Shown here: positions 48,753 to 59,261 of the stretch, piece by piece
How positions within the stretch are numbered: position 1 is the first letter of the stretch
Layout: each line of letters begins with the position of its first letter
Assembly: GCA_964651385.1 (NCBI GenBank)
Contig: CAZYYM010000001.1
Coordinates: 8,688-72,687 of the forward strand
Direction: 5' to 3'
DNA: 64,000 nucleotides
From: an uncultured Gammaproteobacteria bacterium
GTDB lineage: Bacteria > Pseudomonadota > Gammaproteobacteria > GCA-001735895
The notes under the pieces: generated by a model
Told to the model about the DNA's origin: nothing
Seen by the model: only the letters and a program-made list of their open reading frames with translations
Database searches by the model: none
Translations under genes and position numbers: made by a program

Positions 48753-50507
48753 TTACTGACTATTCTGATTCAGCCATAGCTGTTGAATATTATGGTTTAA
48801 CAGCGAGCGCCGGGCGGGCTCCTGGGTAATCGCCAGCAAGCCCTGATAAATTCTGCGGGCGTCATCGACCAGCCCGGATTTCTGCAGGCTTTCGGCAGCA
48901 TTAAATCGTGCAGTTTGCGCCCAGGGATCCATTGCCTCGGGATCGGGCAACATAGCCGATTGCAAATACAGAAGCGCGGCCTGGTTATATTTTTTTAACC
49001 CTTTGTAGGAATCGCCTATCCAGAAAAGAATCTCTCGATGCTGTCGCGCATCGACCCCAACCCGAAGTAAATGATTAAAGTGTTGAATCACTTCCTCATG
49101 CAAGTTTACCGATTGTAAATCGAACAAAACCTGGAGGATTTTATCAGTACGCTCGGCAGTCGGTTCTGTGTATTCGGAGATGAGCACCTGCATGATTTGA
49201 TTGCTTTCTTTATAACGGCCACCGAGTACCAGCACGCGCGACTGTCGCAATAGCCAACTTTGCCGGTCCGTACCTTCTGGATACGTCGTCAGGCCAGACA
49301 TCAATCGAGTAGCCTCCACTATATCGGCATTTTTTAACGCCAGATCAACCAGTTCATATCGCATCAGGGGTGGAATTCGAGAGGCATCCTTGAAGGCGTC
49401 ACTGTGGTTAAATAGTTGATTGAGCAAATTTCGCTCTGGTTCTTCAATCTGTTTAAATGTTTGAAGATATCCATGCGCCGCTGGATTAATGATTTCGCTA
49501 TCGTGACTTTTGGCCATTAACAAAGCAAACAATGATCGAGCTTTAATTGGCGTAGACCGGGCAGTGTTCTGGGCCACTTCCAACCAGCCTGCATCGTCAC
49601 CTACCAATAATTCAGAGCGATTACCAACCAGGTCGGCATATTCCGCGTAGGCATGCCACAATCGATCGGTTTTATATTTGAATAATGGAATTGAAGAACC
49701 CGTTGGATTCTTGAAATATTGCTCAAGTGCAACCACACGATCAACAGGCGACATTTTCTCCGAGGCAAATATAGCGAGAGCCCACAATGTTGCCGACTCT
49801 TCAGAATTGGCATCCTGACTTGCCAGAGCTTTCTTGACCTGCTTCCATAAGTCATTTGCTGTTACCCGACCGGCATGAAACTTTGCCAGCAACGTGGTAT
49901 AGCGGGCTTGCCAACTCTGTTGACCTTCAAGCACTTGTATCGCCTGATCATAACGCTGGGTTTGAACGAGTACCGTAGCCCGAAGTAGCAACCAGGACTC
50001 TTCTTTGCTATTAAAATCCTGGTCAAATCGTAACATTGCAATTCGTGCATCTTCAATACGACCATCCTTAAGATAGCTGGCAATAACGAGCCGCCGCCAG
50101 GTCTGATACTCATCCACTAAATCGGCATCATCCTGCCAGAGTTGATTTCGCAAAATATTCCGCGTGGTACCGGTTTGACCCAGTTCCATATAGGCTTTAG
50201 CCTTATAGGTGATGGCCTGATTTTTAAATTGGTCGGGAATGTCGATCGGCAGACCTTCCAGCCTTACCAGCAGGCGATCCCATTCTTGCCAACGCGAGAG
50301 AATCTTATATCGCTCCTGTTCCCAAAGTATCCATTCGTAAAGATCGGAATCAACACGCGGTTGCGCCTGATCGAGCATTTTTAGCGTGAGTGCGGGCGCA
50401 CCGGCAGCAGAGATATGTTTTAGTACATCGAGACGTTGGTTAGCTTTGGCTATACTTAATCCCAAAAAGGTCAAAAATATAATTCGAAAAAACGACCGAC
50501 AAACCAT
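48753..50507 (-). CDS. Secreted all-alpha / TPR-like repeat protein, function unknown
   Basis: 584 aa with the signal peptide MVCRSFFRIIFLTFLGLSIAKA. The sequence is helical-repeat-like throughout. I recognise no family. Confidence 0.55.
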   Translation of the reverse strand: MVCRSFFRIIFLTFLGLSIAKANQRLDVLKHISAAGAPALTLKMLDQAQPRVDSDLYEWILWEQERYKILSRWQEWDRLLVRLEGLPIDIPDQFKNQAITYKAKAYMELGQTGTTRNILRNQLWQDDADLVDEYQTWRRLVIASYLKDGRIEDARIAMLRFDQDFNSKEESWLLLRATVLVQTQRYDQAIQVLEGQQSWQARYTTLLAKFHAGRVTANDLWKQVKKALASQDANSEESATLWALAIFASEKMSPVDRVVALEQYFKNPTGSSIPLFKYKTDRLWHAYAEYADLVGNRSELLVGDDAGWLEVAQNTARSTPIKARSLFALLMAKSHDSEIINPAAHGYLQTFKQIEEPERNLLNQLFNHSDAFKDASRIPPLMRYELVDLALKNADIVEATRLMSGLTTYPEGTDRQSWLLRQSRVLVLGGRYKESNQIMQVLISEYTEPTAERTDKILQVLFDLQSVNLHEEVIQHFNHLLRVGVDARQHREILFWIGDSYKGLKKYNQAALLYLQSAMLPDPEAMDPWAQTARFNAAESLQKSGLVDDARRIYQGLLAITQEPARRSLLNHNIQQLWLNQNSQ

Positions 50508-50527
50508 TGGTTATATACAATACTCAA

Positions 50528-50558
50528 GAAAAAAGACGTGATGCCGAGCATACACGCC
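50528..50558 (-). terminator. Rho-independent terminator after rplS
   Basis: The minus strand reads ggcgtg-t-atgc-tcg-gcat-cacgtc followed by tttttt. It lies 36 nt after the rplS stop. Confidence 0.6.
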
Positions 50559-50594
50559 TTTTCAGATAAATAACCAACTTCGAGAATCTGCTGA

Positions 50595-50939
50595 TTAAAG
50601 TTTTTCCTTGATTCTCGCTGCCTTGCCGGTCAAACCACGTAAATAGTAGAGTTTGGCCTGACGAACTTTACCACGACGTTTGACTTTTATATCACCAATC
50701 ATCGGGCTATGTGTCTGAAATACACGTTCAACGCCTTCGCCGTGTGAAATCTTGCGCACGGTAAAAGCCGAATTAATGCCACGATTGCGCTTGGCAATCA
50801 CGACACCTTCAAACGCCTGTAATCGTTCGCGCGTACCCTCTTTAACTTTAACCTGTACAACGACGGTATCACCGGGTGAAAATGCAGGCACGTCAGTCTT
50901 TAACTGCTCTGCTTCGAGTTGTGCAATAATATTGCTCAT
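50595..50939 (-). CDS. rplS: 50S ribosomal protein L19
   Basis: I trimmed the ORF to the ATG at 50939 ([12 protein letters not shown]...). The sequence is conserved L19. Confidence 0.95.
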   Translation of the reverse strand: MSNIIAQLEAEQLKTDVPAFSPGDTVVVQVKVKEGTRERLQAFEGVVIAKRNRGINSAFTVRKISHGEGVERVFQTHSPMIGDIKVKRRGKVRQAKLYYLRGLTGKAARIKEKL

Positions 50940-50972
50940 GTCGCTTCCTCTAAAAAAGTCTGTCTTCAAATT

Positions 50973-51716
50973 CTACGAGTTTGCTTCAAACTCGTCGATA
51001 AAATCCTGCAATAAAGCTCTCTGTCGTACATCAAGCTTTATCGCCTCGAGTAACTCCGGGCGTCTTAGCCAGGTTCTACCCAATGACTGACGATCCCGCC
51101 AGGCCTTAATCTCTCGATGATTACCATTCATCAATACTTTCGGTACTTCAGCACCGTTAATGGTTTCCGGCCGCGTGTAATGTGGACAATCGAGCAGGCC
51201 CTCGCTAAACGAGTCCTGTTGTGCTGATTGCCAATGGCCGAGCGCTCCCGGTAACTGTCGTGCTATTGCATCGATACAGACCATAGCTGCCAGTTCACCA
51301 CCGCTGATGACATAGTCTCCAATCGACCATTCCTCATCGACCTGCTGTTCAATGAGCCGCTCATCAATTCCTTCGTAGCGGCCGCTTAAAAATATCACCG
51401 ATTCCACTTCGGTCTCCTTTGCCAACATCGCCTGTGACAACGGCCTCCCCTGGGGACTGAAATATATCAATCGACCGTTAGGGTTTTGCTCCCGTACCGC
51501 GCGGATCGTATCCTGCAATGGCTGTACCTTCATTAACATGCCAGGGCCACCCCCATAGGGTCGATCGTCCACTGTGCGGTGTTTGTCCAGAGTGTATTCT
51601 CTGGGATTCCAGCATTCAAGCTGGAGTAAATCCCTGTCTGCCGCGCGTCCTACCACGCCGCATTCAATCACCTGTTTTACCAGTTCCGGAAACAGCGTTA
51701 TAACGTCAATTCGCAT
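50973..51716 (-). CDS. trmD: tRNA (guanine37-N1)-methyltransferase
   Basis: I trimmed the ORF to the ATG at 51716 (MRIDVITLFPELV...). The SPOUT motifs are present. Confidence 0.95.
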   Translation of the reverse strand: MRIDVITLFPELVKQVIECGVVGRAADRDLLQLECWNPREYTLDKHRTVDDRPYGGGPGMLMKVQPLQDTIRAVREQNPNGRLIYFSPQGRPLSQAMLAKETEVESVIFLSGRYEGIDERLIEQQVDEEWSIGDYVISGGELAAMVCIDAIARQLPGALGHWQSAQQDSFSEGLLDCPHYTRPETINGAEVPKVLMNGNHREIKAWRDRQSLGRTWLRRPELLEAIKLDVRQRALLQDFIDEFEANS

Positions 51717-51726
51717 ACCGATACGG

Positions 51727-52233
51727 TCAATAATCGGCTTGCCAGTCGACAACAATGCGTCGACCAGTTAAATCTACTTCTCTTACAATATCGTCAAGTA
51801 CGAACGGAATTAACCTTTCGCGATCACCCTTAATGACCATAACATCGTTCGCACCAGTTTCGAGCATATCATCGACCCTGCCAAGTGCTTCAGCCCGTAA
51901 AGATTCGACTCGCATGCCGATCAATTCAGACCAGTAGTATTCGTCCTTCCCCAGTGCTGGTAACTGTTCAGACCATATGTAAATTTTGCTGCCGATTAGT
52001 TCGACTGCCGCCTCCCTGTTTTCGATACTGTCTATTTTTGCAAGTACCGAATTGCCTTGCAGGCGTCCTTCAACTTCCAGTTTCCGCGAGCCTCCACCCG
52101 TTTCTATCATCCATGGGCTATAAGTCAGAATATTTTCACGGGGATCGGTATTCGAAAATACCTTTAGCCAGCCTTTGAGTCCCTGCACACCCGCAATGTG
52201 CCCAACACAGATTTTATCGTTGCGTTGGCCCAT
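51727..52233 (-). CDS. rimM: Ribosome maturation factor RimM
   Basis: 168 aa with GHIAGVQGLKGWLKV. Its position between rpsP and trmD fits RimM. Confidence 0.9.
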   Translation of the reverse strand: MGQRNDKICVGHIAGVQGLKGWLKVFSNTDPRENILTYSPWMIETGGGSRKLEVEGRLQGNSVLAKIDSIENREAAVELIGSKIYIWSEQLPALGKDEYYWSELIGMRVESLRAEALGRVDDMLETGANDVMVIKGDRERLIPFVLDDIVREVDLTGRRIVVDWQADY

Positions 52234-52251
52234 ATCGACCGGTCACGACAA

Positions 52252-52500
52252 CTATGCCGCTTTGCTGGAAGCTTTAATCAGACTGGCAACACGTTCACTG
52301 GGCTGGGCTCCTTTCGATACCCAGTAGTCGATACGACCGCTATCCAGACTCAATTCTTCTTCCTGACCACAAGCCTTGGGGTTAAAGAACCCCACTCGCT
52401 CAATATATCGACCGTCTCTGGGTCTGCGGCTGTCGCTGACTACCACATGATAAAAGGGACGCCTTTTTGAGCCGCCGCGAGCCAAACGTATCGAAACCAT
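52252..52500 (-). CDS. rpsP: 30S ribosomal protein S16
   Basis: 82 aa, starting [17 protein letters not shown]. Confidence 0.95.
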   Translation of the reverse strand: MVSIRLARGGSKRRPFYHVVVSDSRRPRDGRYIERVGFFNPKACGQEEELSLDSGRIDYWVSKGAQPSERVASLIKASSKAA

Positions 52501-52626
52501 AAATGAACCTCAAAATATCACCAGACAACAGAATTCCGCTGACCAAGCGGATCAGAAGACCGCGTATTGTACCTAAAAATGCTGGACTGTGAAGTCTGCA
52601 AAAGGCCTTTTTATGCCTTTTCTATA

Positions 52627-53991
52627 CTAAAACTGCATTCCCGGAGGCATTTTACCTTTAAGGCCTCGTATCATGTTCGCCATACCGCCTTTGCTACCCA
52701 TTTTTTTCATCATTTTCTGCATTTGCTTATGCTGTTTGAGCAATCGATTGACATCCTGTATTTGTGTGCCCGACCCGCCTGCAACACGCCGCTTTCGCGA
52801 TCCATTGATAAGTTCGGGCTTGCGCCGCTCCTGCTGGGTCATCGAATCGATAATAGCGACCATGCGCTTCATCTGTTTGGTGTGCGCCGGGTTTTGCATA
52901 GCCTGCGCCATGCCGGCACCCATACCGGGCAGCTTGTCCATTAAACTGCCGAGTCCACCCATCTTATCCATTTGCATGAATTGATCGCGCAAATCTTCGA
53001 GATCAAATCCTTTACCTTTTTTTACCTTTTGTGCGAGCTTCTTGGCTTTTTCGTGATCGACCTTCTCGTGCGCCTGCTCCACCAGCGAAAGAATATCGCC
53101 CATGCCCAGAATACGCGAGGCCATACGATCCGGATGAAAGGCTTCGAGTTTGTCTGTTTTTTCACCCGATCCGATATATTTAATCGGCTTTCCAGTGATA
53201 TGGCGAACCGACAATGCCGCGCCGCCACGTGCGTCACCATCCGTTTTGGTTAATACCACACCCGTTAATGGCAGTGTTTCTCCGAAGGCTTTAGCGGTAT
53301 TTGCAGCATCTTGTCCAGTCATGCTATCGACCACGAACAGAGTTTCACTCGGTGTTACCGCATCGTGAATGGCTTTGATTTCGTCCATCATCTGCTGATC
53401 AATTGCCAGTCGACCAGCGGTATCCAGAATCAGCACGTCGGCATTTTGTTTTCGGGCAGCTTCTTGCGCGGCTCGCGAAATATCGACCGGTTTCTGCTTA
53501 ATATCACTGGGGTAAAATATAGCCTCGACTTCATTCGCCAGCCTCTGCAGCTGATCGATAGCTGCGGGACGATAGATATCGGCACTGGCAACCATCACGC
53601 TTTTCTTTTCGACTTCAATCAGGCGCCTTGCTAATTTGGCTACGGTGGTGGTTTTACCTGCCCCCTGAAGTCCGGCCATTAATATGGTAACTGGCGGTTT
53701 CCGATCAAGTTCAATCGCATCATGCTGATGCCCCATTACTGCGACCAGTTCGTCGTTAACAACCTTCACCAGTGCCTGCCCCGGAGAAAGACTTCCAATC
53801 ACTTCCTGTCCGAGCGCTTTTTCGCGCACATTATCGATAAAGTCCCGGACGACCGGTAATGCCACGTCGGCTTCGAGTAACGCCTGGCGAACTTCCCGCA
53901 AACTCTCTTTTATGTTGTCTTCGCTGAGTCGACCCTGACCACGGAGGGTTTTCAGGGTTTTCGAAAGTCGATCGGTTAAGTTTTCAAACAT
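52627..53991 (-). CDS. ffh: Signal recognition particle protein Ffh
   Basis: 454 aa with an SRP54 NG domain (GLQGAGKTTT, DTAGR) and a Met-rich M domain. Confidence 0.95.
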   Translation of the reverse strand: MFENLTDRLSKTLKTLRGQGRLSEDNIKESLREVRQALLEADVALPVVRDFIDNVREKALGQEVIGSLSPGQALVKVVNDELVAVMGHQHDAIELDRKPPVTILMAGLQGAGKTTTVAKLARRLIEVEKKSVMVASADIYRPAAIDQLQRLANEVEAIFYPSDIKQKPVDISRAAQEAARKQNADVLILDTAGRLAIDQQMMDEIKAIHDAVTPSETLFVVDSMTGQDAANTAKAFGETLPLTGVVLTKTDGDARGGAALSVRHITGKPIKYIGSGEKTDKLEAFHPDRMASRILGMGDILSLVEQAHEKVDHEKAKKLAQKVKKGKGFDLEDLRDQFMQMDKMGGLGSLMDKLPGMGAGMAQAMQNPAHTKQMKRMVAIIDSMTQQERRKPELINGSRKRRVAGGSGTQIQDVNRLLKQHKQMQKMMKKMGSKGGMANMIRGLKGKMPPGMQF

Positions 53992-54215
53992 AGCTTAATC
54001 TCTGGCATCAAATAATCGCCAATAAAATAAAGCGCAAATTATAACAGTCGCATAGCCAGAATAAAGAGACCTTCGATCACTGATAGGAATACATTGGATA
54101 TATTGACTGCTTAGAGACCCGTTCGCAAGACCAACTACAGTACATCCAGGCGATGTTGTTGAATCAATTTATTCAGTCAGTGCCTTAAAAGATCGCTTCA
54201 ATGCTCCTGATCGAC

Positions 54216-54800
54216 CTAGGCGGCCTGATCCGCGTATTTTCCTTTAATACCCTGGTAAGCTGATTTGATATGGTTTAAATCAGCCGCCATATCTCCGGTC
54301 GGTATAAAAGTCTTTAGGTAACCACCCTGTTTTTTTTGGAAATCGAGATACCCCAAAACGATCGGTACTCTTGCCCCCAAAGCGATATGATAAAAACCGG
54401 TCCTCCATCTTTGCACATGAGACCTGTTTCCTTCAGGGGCAATGATAAGGATCAATTCACTTGACTGATTGAATGCGTTAATCGTTTGCTGAACACGATT
54501 CTCGGAATGGTGAAGATTGATCGGTATCCCACCCAACCATTTCATTAGCGGACCGAATGGCCTTAGGAACAGGCTACTCTTGCCCATCCAGTAAACTTTC
54601 AGACGACATATTAAACTAACCGCTATGGTTAACGGAAAATCCCAATTACTAGTATGCGGATATGCGATAACCACAAATTTGGGCTCTTCTAACGGTGGCC
54701 TGCCTACAACCCGCCAGCCGGTTAAACGCAACCCAAGCCAGGCGACACCATAAAAAATCGGCATTACCAGCGGCGAATTAAACAGTGTGTGGCGATACAT
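54216..54800 (-). CDS. Lysophospholipid (1-acyl-sn-glycerol-3-phosphate) acyltransferase family protein
   Basis: 194 aa with the HTSNWD (HX4D) and IAPEGNRS motifs. Confidence 0.7.
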   Translation of the reverse strand: MYRHTLFNSPLVMPIFYGVAWLGLRLTGWRVVGRPPLEEPKFVVIAYPHTSNWDFPLTIAVSLICRLKVYWMGKSSLFLRPFGPLMKWLGGIPINLHHSENRVQQTINAFNQSSELILIIAPEGNRSHVQRWRTGFYHIALGARVPIVLGYLDFQKKQGGYLKTFIPTGDMAADLNHIKSAYQGIKGKYADQAA

Positions 54801-54809
54801 GGCAGCTGG

Positions 54810-55574
54810 CTATAGCTTAAAGATTTCACTACCACGCAAATACTGCACATTGAATTCAGGCATTGCTTTTACGCATTCGCGATAAATCAACTCTTCCTCA
54901 CCGGGCTTGAAATGTGTTAGCCAGACGTCCGGGCGATGTTTTAATTTAGCGATATCTTCACCCAGCAAGCTTGGGCAGTAGTGTTTTGAGAGCTTACTGA
55001 TATCTATATCATTATTTGAAAACGCCGTTTCAACAAATAGTAAATCGATAGCATCGTAACCATTCAGCACCTCCCACAACCCGTCATTGGTCGTGGTATC
55101 GCCACTAAATGCCACCGTACCTTTTTGTCCCTGAACACAATATCCTGCCCCGGGGACCGTATGATTAACCGGAATCATTTCGAATTCGCGCGAACGAATG
55201 GTTAACTTGTCACCCGGTTGCATAACTCTGAATTGTAGCGAAGGTCTTTCCGGTGTCGGTAGTTCTGAAAAATCCGGCCAGATTGTCCAGTTGAAAACAT
55301 GCTCTTTTAACGCCGCTATGGTTTCCTCCAGTGCATGCACAACAATTGGTTCATCATGAACCCCATACATTGTGTCGGCCAGAAGGGGTAATCCGGCAAT
55401 ATGATCCATATGCGAGTGAGTTAGGAATATGTGCCGTATCCCTGTCATCTGATTCAAGGGTAAATCACCAAGCCCCGTACCGGTATCAATCAGGACATCA
55501 TCATCGATTAAAAAAGAAGTGGTTCGAAGATTTGCACCTATACCACCGGACCAACCTAATATTTTTATCTGCAT
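54810..55574 (-). CDS. Class II 3',5'-cyclic-nucleotide phosphodiesterase (MBL fold)
   Basis: 254 aa. THSHMDHIAGLPLL matches the class II cNMP phosphodiesterase signature (HxHLDHxxG). Confidence 0.7.
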   Translation of the reverse strand: MQIKILGWSGGIGANLRTTSFLIDDDVLIDTGTGLGDLPLNQMTGIRHIFLTHSHMDHIAGLPLLADTMYGVHDEPIVVHALEETIAALKEHVFNWTIWPDFSELPTPERPSLQFRVMQPGDKLTIRSREFEMIPVNHTVPGAGYCVQGQKGTVAFSGDTTTNDGLWEVLNGYDAIDLLFVETAFSNNDIDISKLSKHYCPSLLGEDIAKLKHRPDVWLTHFKPGEEELIYRECVKAMPEFNVQYLRGSEIFKL

Positions 55575-55750
55575 GATTCTAAATTATGATATTTTCATTA
55601 TTTGATTTGAACTCCAGTAGCGTTATATCAAATTAGACGGTAATAATCTTGATGTAACGTTCAAATTGTTGGAAAAAGCCGCCACTATGACTAGTGCCAG
55701 CGAAACCATTTTCAGTTACACTTCGCTATCTGAGCCATTGACCAAAGACG

Positions 55751-56542
55751 ATGTATCCCATCATAGCCAGTGTTATTGCTACAGTTTTTTACTGTCTGTC
55801 TGCCCTTCTCATTTTCAAACAAATGGATCAATCCAATCGACAACGCTGGGTTGCGTTATTACCCGCATTGGTAGCCACTCTAATACAGTCAATACTATTG
55901 AACTATTTAATTTACCAGCCAGATGGCTTGAATTTGAATTTTTTTATGGCCTTTTTTCTAATCAGCTGGTTAATTTCAATACAAATATTGCTGAGTGCTT
56001 ATTTTATTCGGATCGAAAGTCTGGGTATAGCGGTTTTTCCTATCTGCGGTCTTGCCAGTATATTTGCCAGCCTCGACTTTCCCACCCAACTCATCGCGAC
56101 AGGTAATAATGCCATTCAGAGTCACATAATGATTTCAGTCGTGGCCTATAGTCTCATCACCTTAGGTGCCTTTCAGGCCAGTCTGCTGGCTTATCAGGAT
56201 CACGCAATACGTTCCCATCATCCTGGCGGACTCATTCGATTTCTACCACCAATAAATGACATGGAATCATTGTTGTTTGTGTTTTTGGGGTTTGGCTTTG
56301 CCTGCCTGAGCATGTCCCTCGTCAGTGGATTTTTCTTTCTCGAAGATATTTTCGCCCAGCATCTGGTTCACAAAACCATACTCTCGATAGTGGCCTGGTT
56401 TATCCTTGGCACGCTAATGTTCGGTCGCTTTAAATTCGGCTGGCGCGGTAAAACGGCTATCCGCTGGACTTTATCGTCCTTTCTATTTTTAATGCTGGCT
56501 TTTTTCGGAAGCAAACTCGTACTCGAATTTTTTATCCAATGA
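55751..56542 (+). CDS. ypjD: Cytochrome c assembly (CcsA-like) family inner-membrane protein YpjD
   Basis: 263 aa polytopic membrane protein, positioned next to the ffh region and upstream of a corC-like gene as in E. coli. Confidence 0.7.
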   Translation: MYPIIASVIATVFYCLSALLIFKQMDQSNRQRWVALLPALVATLIQSILLNYLIYQPDGLNLNFFMAFFLISWLISIQILLSAYFIRIESLGIAVFPICGLASIFASLDFPTQLIATGNNAIQSHIMISVVAYSLITLGAFQASLLAYQDHAIRSHHPGGLIRFLPPINDMESLLFVFLGFGFACLSMSLVSGFFFLEDIFAQHLVHKTILSIVAWFILGTLMFGRFKFGWRGKTAIRWTLSSFLFLMLAFFGSKLVLEFFIQ

Positions 56543-56570
56543 ACCTTCTCATGGTTCCACTTTACTATCC

Positions 56571-57866
56571 TTGAGCGATTTCCCACTTTATTACCTGTTT
56601 ATTACGCTGGTGGTTTTAGTAATGCTATCGGCTTTCTTCTCGGGTTCGGAAACCGGCTTGATGAGCCTGAATCGCTACCGGCTTAAACATCTGGCCGAAA
56701 AAAAACACGGTGGTGCACGCCGTGCACTCGAGTTGCTGGCAAATCCCGAAAAATTAATCAGCCTGATTCTGCTCGGCAACAACTTTATCAATATTCTGAT
56801 AACTCAACTAGCCACTTATATTGGTTATAAAATTTACGGTGAAGCGGGTATTGCGATCGCAACCGGCGTTCTGACGCTGATATTACTGATATTTGCCGAG
56901 GTGACGCCTAAAACACTGGCCGCTACCAGGCCCGAGAAGTTCGCCTTTCCAGCCGCTTATGTTTACAAACCGTTGTCGCGTCTGATGTCGCCACTGGTGT
57001 CGATAATTAATTGGGTGGCGAAAATTATTCTATTGCCCTTCCAAATTACCCGCTATGCAGAGTCAGGTGACGCGTTAACCTCCGATGAGCTGCGGGTTGC
57101 CGTTTCAGAAACCAGTGGGCTAATCCCCGATTCGCATCGGGATATGCTGATCAGTATCCTGGATCTGGAGAAAGTCAGCGTTGATGACATTATGGTGCCT
57201 CGAAACGAAATCATCGGTATAGATCTGGAAGAAAACTGGAACGATACGCTTAAACAGATCACGAATTTATCTTATACCCGAATACCTATTTATTCTGATA
57301 ACATCGATAATCTGATCGGCCTGGCACAGCTGCGTAAAATATTGCCACTTTTGATGAACAATGAATTTAATCCAGAAAGCCTCAAAGCAATTACGCGCTC
57401 CAGTTATTTCATTCCCGAAGGTACCCCCTTAACCACACAACTCATTAATTTTCGAAAAAATAAGCGCCGCATGGCCTTTGTTGTCGATGAATATGGTGAT
57501 ATCCAGGGTCTGGTAACGATCGAGGATATTCTGGAAGAAATTGTCGGTGAATTTACCACTGATCCCACGGCCTTACATCAGGATTTTTATAAAGACACGG
57601 ATGGCAGTTACCTGATCGATGGTTCAACACACGTCCGTGTACTCAATCGAAACCTGAAAGTTAATTTACCGACCGAGGGGCCAAAAACGCTGAATGGCCT
57701 TATCCTCGAGCACATGGAATTCATCCCGCATTCGGGCACCAGCCTGAAGATTGCAGACTATCCGATTGAAGTTATGCAGGTTAAGAACAATATGATTAAA
57801 ACGATTCGTTTAATGCCCATAGCTATCAAACCTAAACGACAGGTCGAGTTACCGCTGGATGGCTAA
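56571..57866 (+). CDS. HlyC/CorC-family (CNNM: DUF21-CBS-CorC_HlyC) transporter
   Basis: 431 aa with a TTG start. An N-terminal DUF21 TM domain (FFSGSETGLMSLNR) is followed by a CBS pair and a C-terminal CorC_HlyC domain. Confidence 0.85.
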   Translation: MSDFPLYYLFITLVVLVMLSAFFSGSETGLMSLNRYRLKHLAEKKHGGARRALELLANPEKLISLILLGNNFINILITQLATYIGYKIYGEAGIAIATGVLTLILLIFAEVTPKTLAATRPEKFAFPAAYVYKPLSRLMSPLVSIINWVAKIILLPFQITRYAESGDALTSDELRVAVSETSGLIPDSHRDMLISILDLEKVSVDDIMVPRNEIIGIDLEENWNDTLKQITNLSYTRIPIYSDNIDNLIGLAQLRKILPLLMNNEFNPESLKAITRSSYFIPEGTPLTTQLINFRKNKRRMAFVVDEYGDIQGLVTIEDILEEIVGEFTTDPTALHQDFYKDTDGSYLIDGSTHVRVLNRNLKVNLPTEGPKTLNGLILEHMEFIPHSGTSLKIADYPIEVMQVKNNMIKTIRLMPIAIKPKRQVELPLDG

Positions 57867-59220
57867 GGCACAATCCCAGTTCCAGTGTCGCGAATGTGCT
57901 ATTCTGCTACCGAAATGGTCGGGGCAATGCCCCGATTGTAAAAGCTGGAATTGCGTAGAGGAATTACCGGCAATCACGCAACCGGGGAAAACTACTGCAA
58001 GCTGGTATGGCGGAGCGGGCAGTACATCAGCAGTCGTACTGGATCAGGTACCAACTTCGGATACGCCCCGCTTCACCAGCAAAATAGAAGAACTCGATCG
58101 AGTGCTCGGCAGCGGTCTGGTGCAGGGTTCGGTAATTTTGCTAGGCGGCGACCCCGGCATCGGAAAGTCTACCCTGCTATTGCAATGCCTGACACTGGTT
58201 AGCGAACAGCAGCCCGCATTATACGTAACCGGTGAAGAATCTCTCCAGCAGGTCAGTATGCGTGCGCAGAGACTCAGGTTGCCGAACCGGCATTTAAAAT
58301 TATTGAGTTCGACCTGTGTAGAAGAGATCATTGCCGAGGCAAGCGGTAACAAACCGGCCGTCATGGTGATTGATTCAATTCAAACCATTTTCACCAATAG
58401 CCTACAATCCGCACCGGGCTCAGTTAGCCAGGTCCGGGAAAGTACCGCGATGCTGGTGCGGCTCGCCAAACTAAGCAATATTGCGATTTTTCTGGTTGGC
58501 CATGTCACCAAAGAAGGACAACTTGCCGGGCCGCGTGTGCTCGAACACATGGTCGATACCGTACTTTATTTTGAAGGCGATAACTCGACACGCTACCGGG
58601 TTATTCGCGCAGTTAAGAATCGCTTCGGAGCTATTAACGAACTGGGTATTTTTGCGATGACCGATGAAGGTCTGAAACAGGTCAGCAATCCGTCGGCAAT
58701 TTTTCTGACGCATCACGACAAGCCAGTATCCGGCAGCATTATTATGGTGTCCCGTGAAGGCACTCGACCTTTCCTGGTTGAAATACAAGCGCTGGTTACA
58801 GAAAGTTACGGTGGTCATCCCCGCCGAATTAGTGTTGGCCTGGAATCCAATCGGCTGTCTATGTTACTTGCCATATTACAGCGCCACGGCGGTATACCGT
58901 TATTTGATCAGGATGTTTTTATCAACGCCGTCGGCGGCGTGCGTATCGCGGAAACCGGTGCTGATCTCGCGGTGATCCTGGCCATACTCTCCAGTTATCG
59001 CGACCTTCCAGTTAGCAATCGTTTTCTAGTATTCGGCGAAGTGGGATTATCCGGAGAAATTCGTCCCGTCCCCAATGGTGAAGATCGGCTGCGCGAGGCG
59101 GTAAAACACGGCTTCGAAACAGCGATCATCCCGAAAGCGAACATGCCCAAACGCGATAATTTTAAAACCCTGCGATTAATACCGGTCAATCATTTGGCTG
59201 ATACGCTGGATGCTTTATAA
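57859..59220 (+). CDS. radA: DNA repair protein RadA
   Basis: 453 aa with an N-terminal zinc ribbon (CRECA..CPDC), Walker A GGDPGIGKST, a KNRFG motif and a Lon-like C-terminal domain. Confidence 0.95.
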   Translation: MAKAQSQFQCRECAILLPKWSGQCPDCKSWNCVEELPAITQPGKTTASWYGGAGSTSAVVLDQVPTSDTPRFTSKIEELDRVLGSGLVQGSVILLGGDPGIGKSTLLLQCLTLVSEQQPALYVTGEESLQQVSMRAQRLRLPNRHLKLLSSTCVEEIIAEASGNKPAVMVIDSIQTIFTNSLQSAPGSVSQVRESTAMLVRLAKLSNIAIFLVGHVTKEGQLAGPRVLEHMVDTVLYFEGDNSTRYRVIRAVKNRFGAINELGIFAMTDEGLKQVSNPSAIFLTHHDKPVSGSIIMVSREGTRPFLVEIQALVTESYGGHPRRISVGLESNRLSMLLAILQRHGGIPLFDQDVFINAVGGVRIAETGADLAVILAILSSYRDLPVSNRFLVFGEVGLSGEIRPVPNGEDRLREAVKHGFETAIIPKANMPKRDNFKTLRLIPVNHLADTLDAL

Positions 59221-59261
59221 TCCCGCCGCAATATCGACTCGTCAACCATCTGAGCAGCAAC

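Noticed and set aside
52560-52626. Weak hairpin (aaaggc...gccttt) after ffh as a terminator
   Set aside because: The stem is only 6 bp and AT-rich with a poor T-run, so it is too weak to call.
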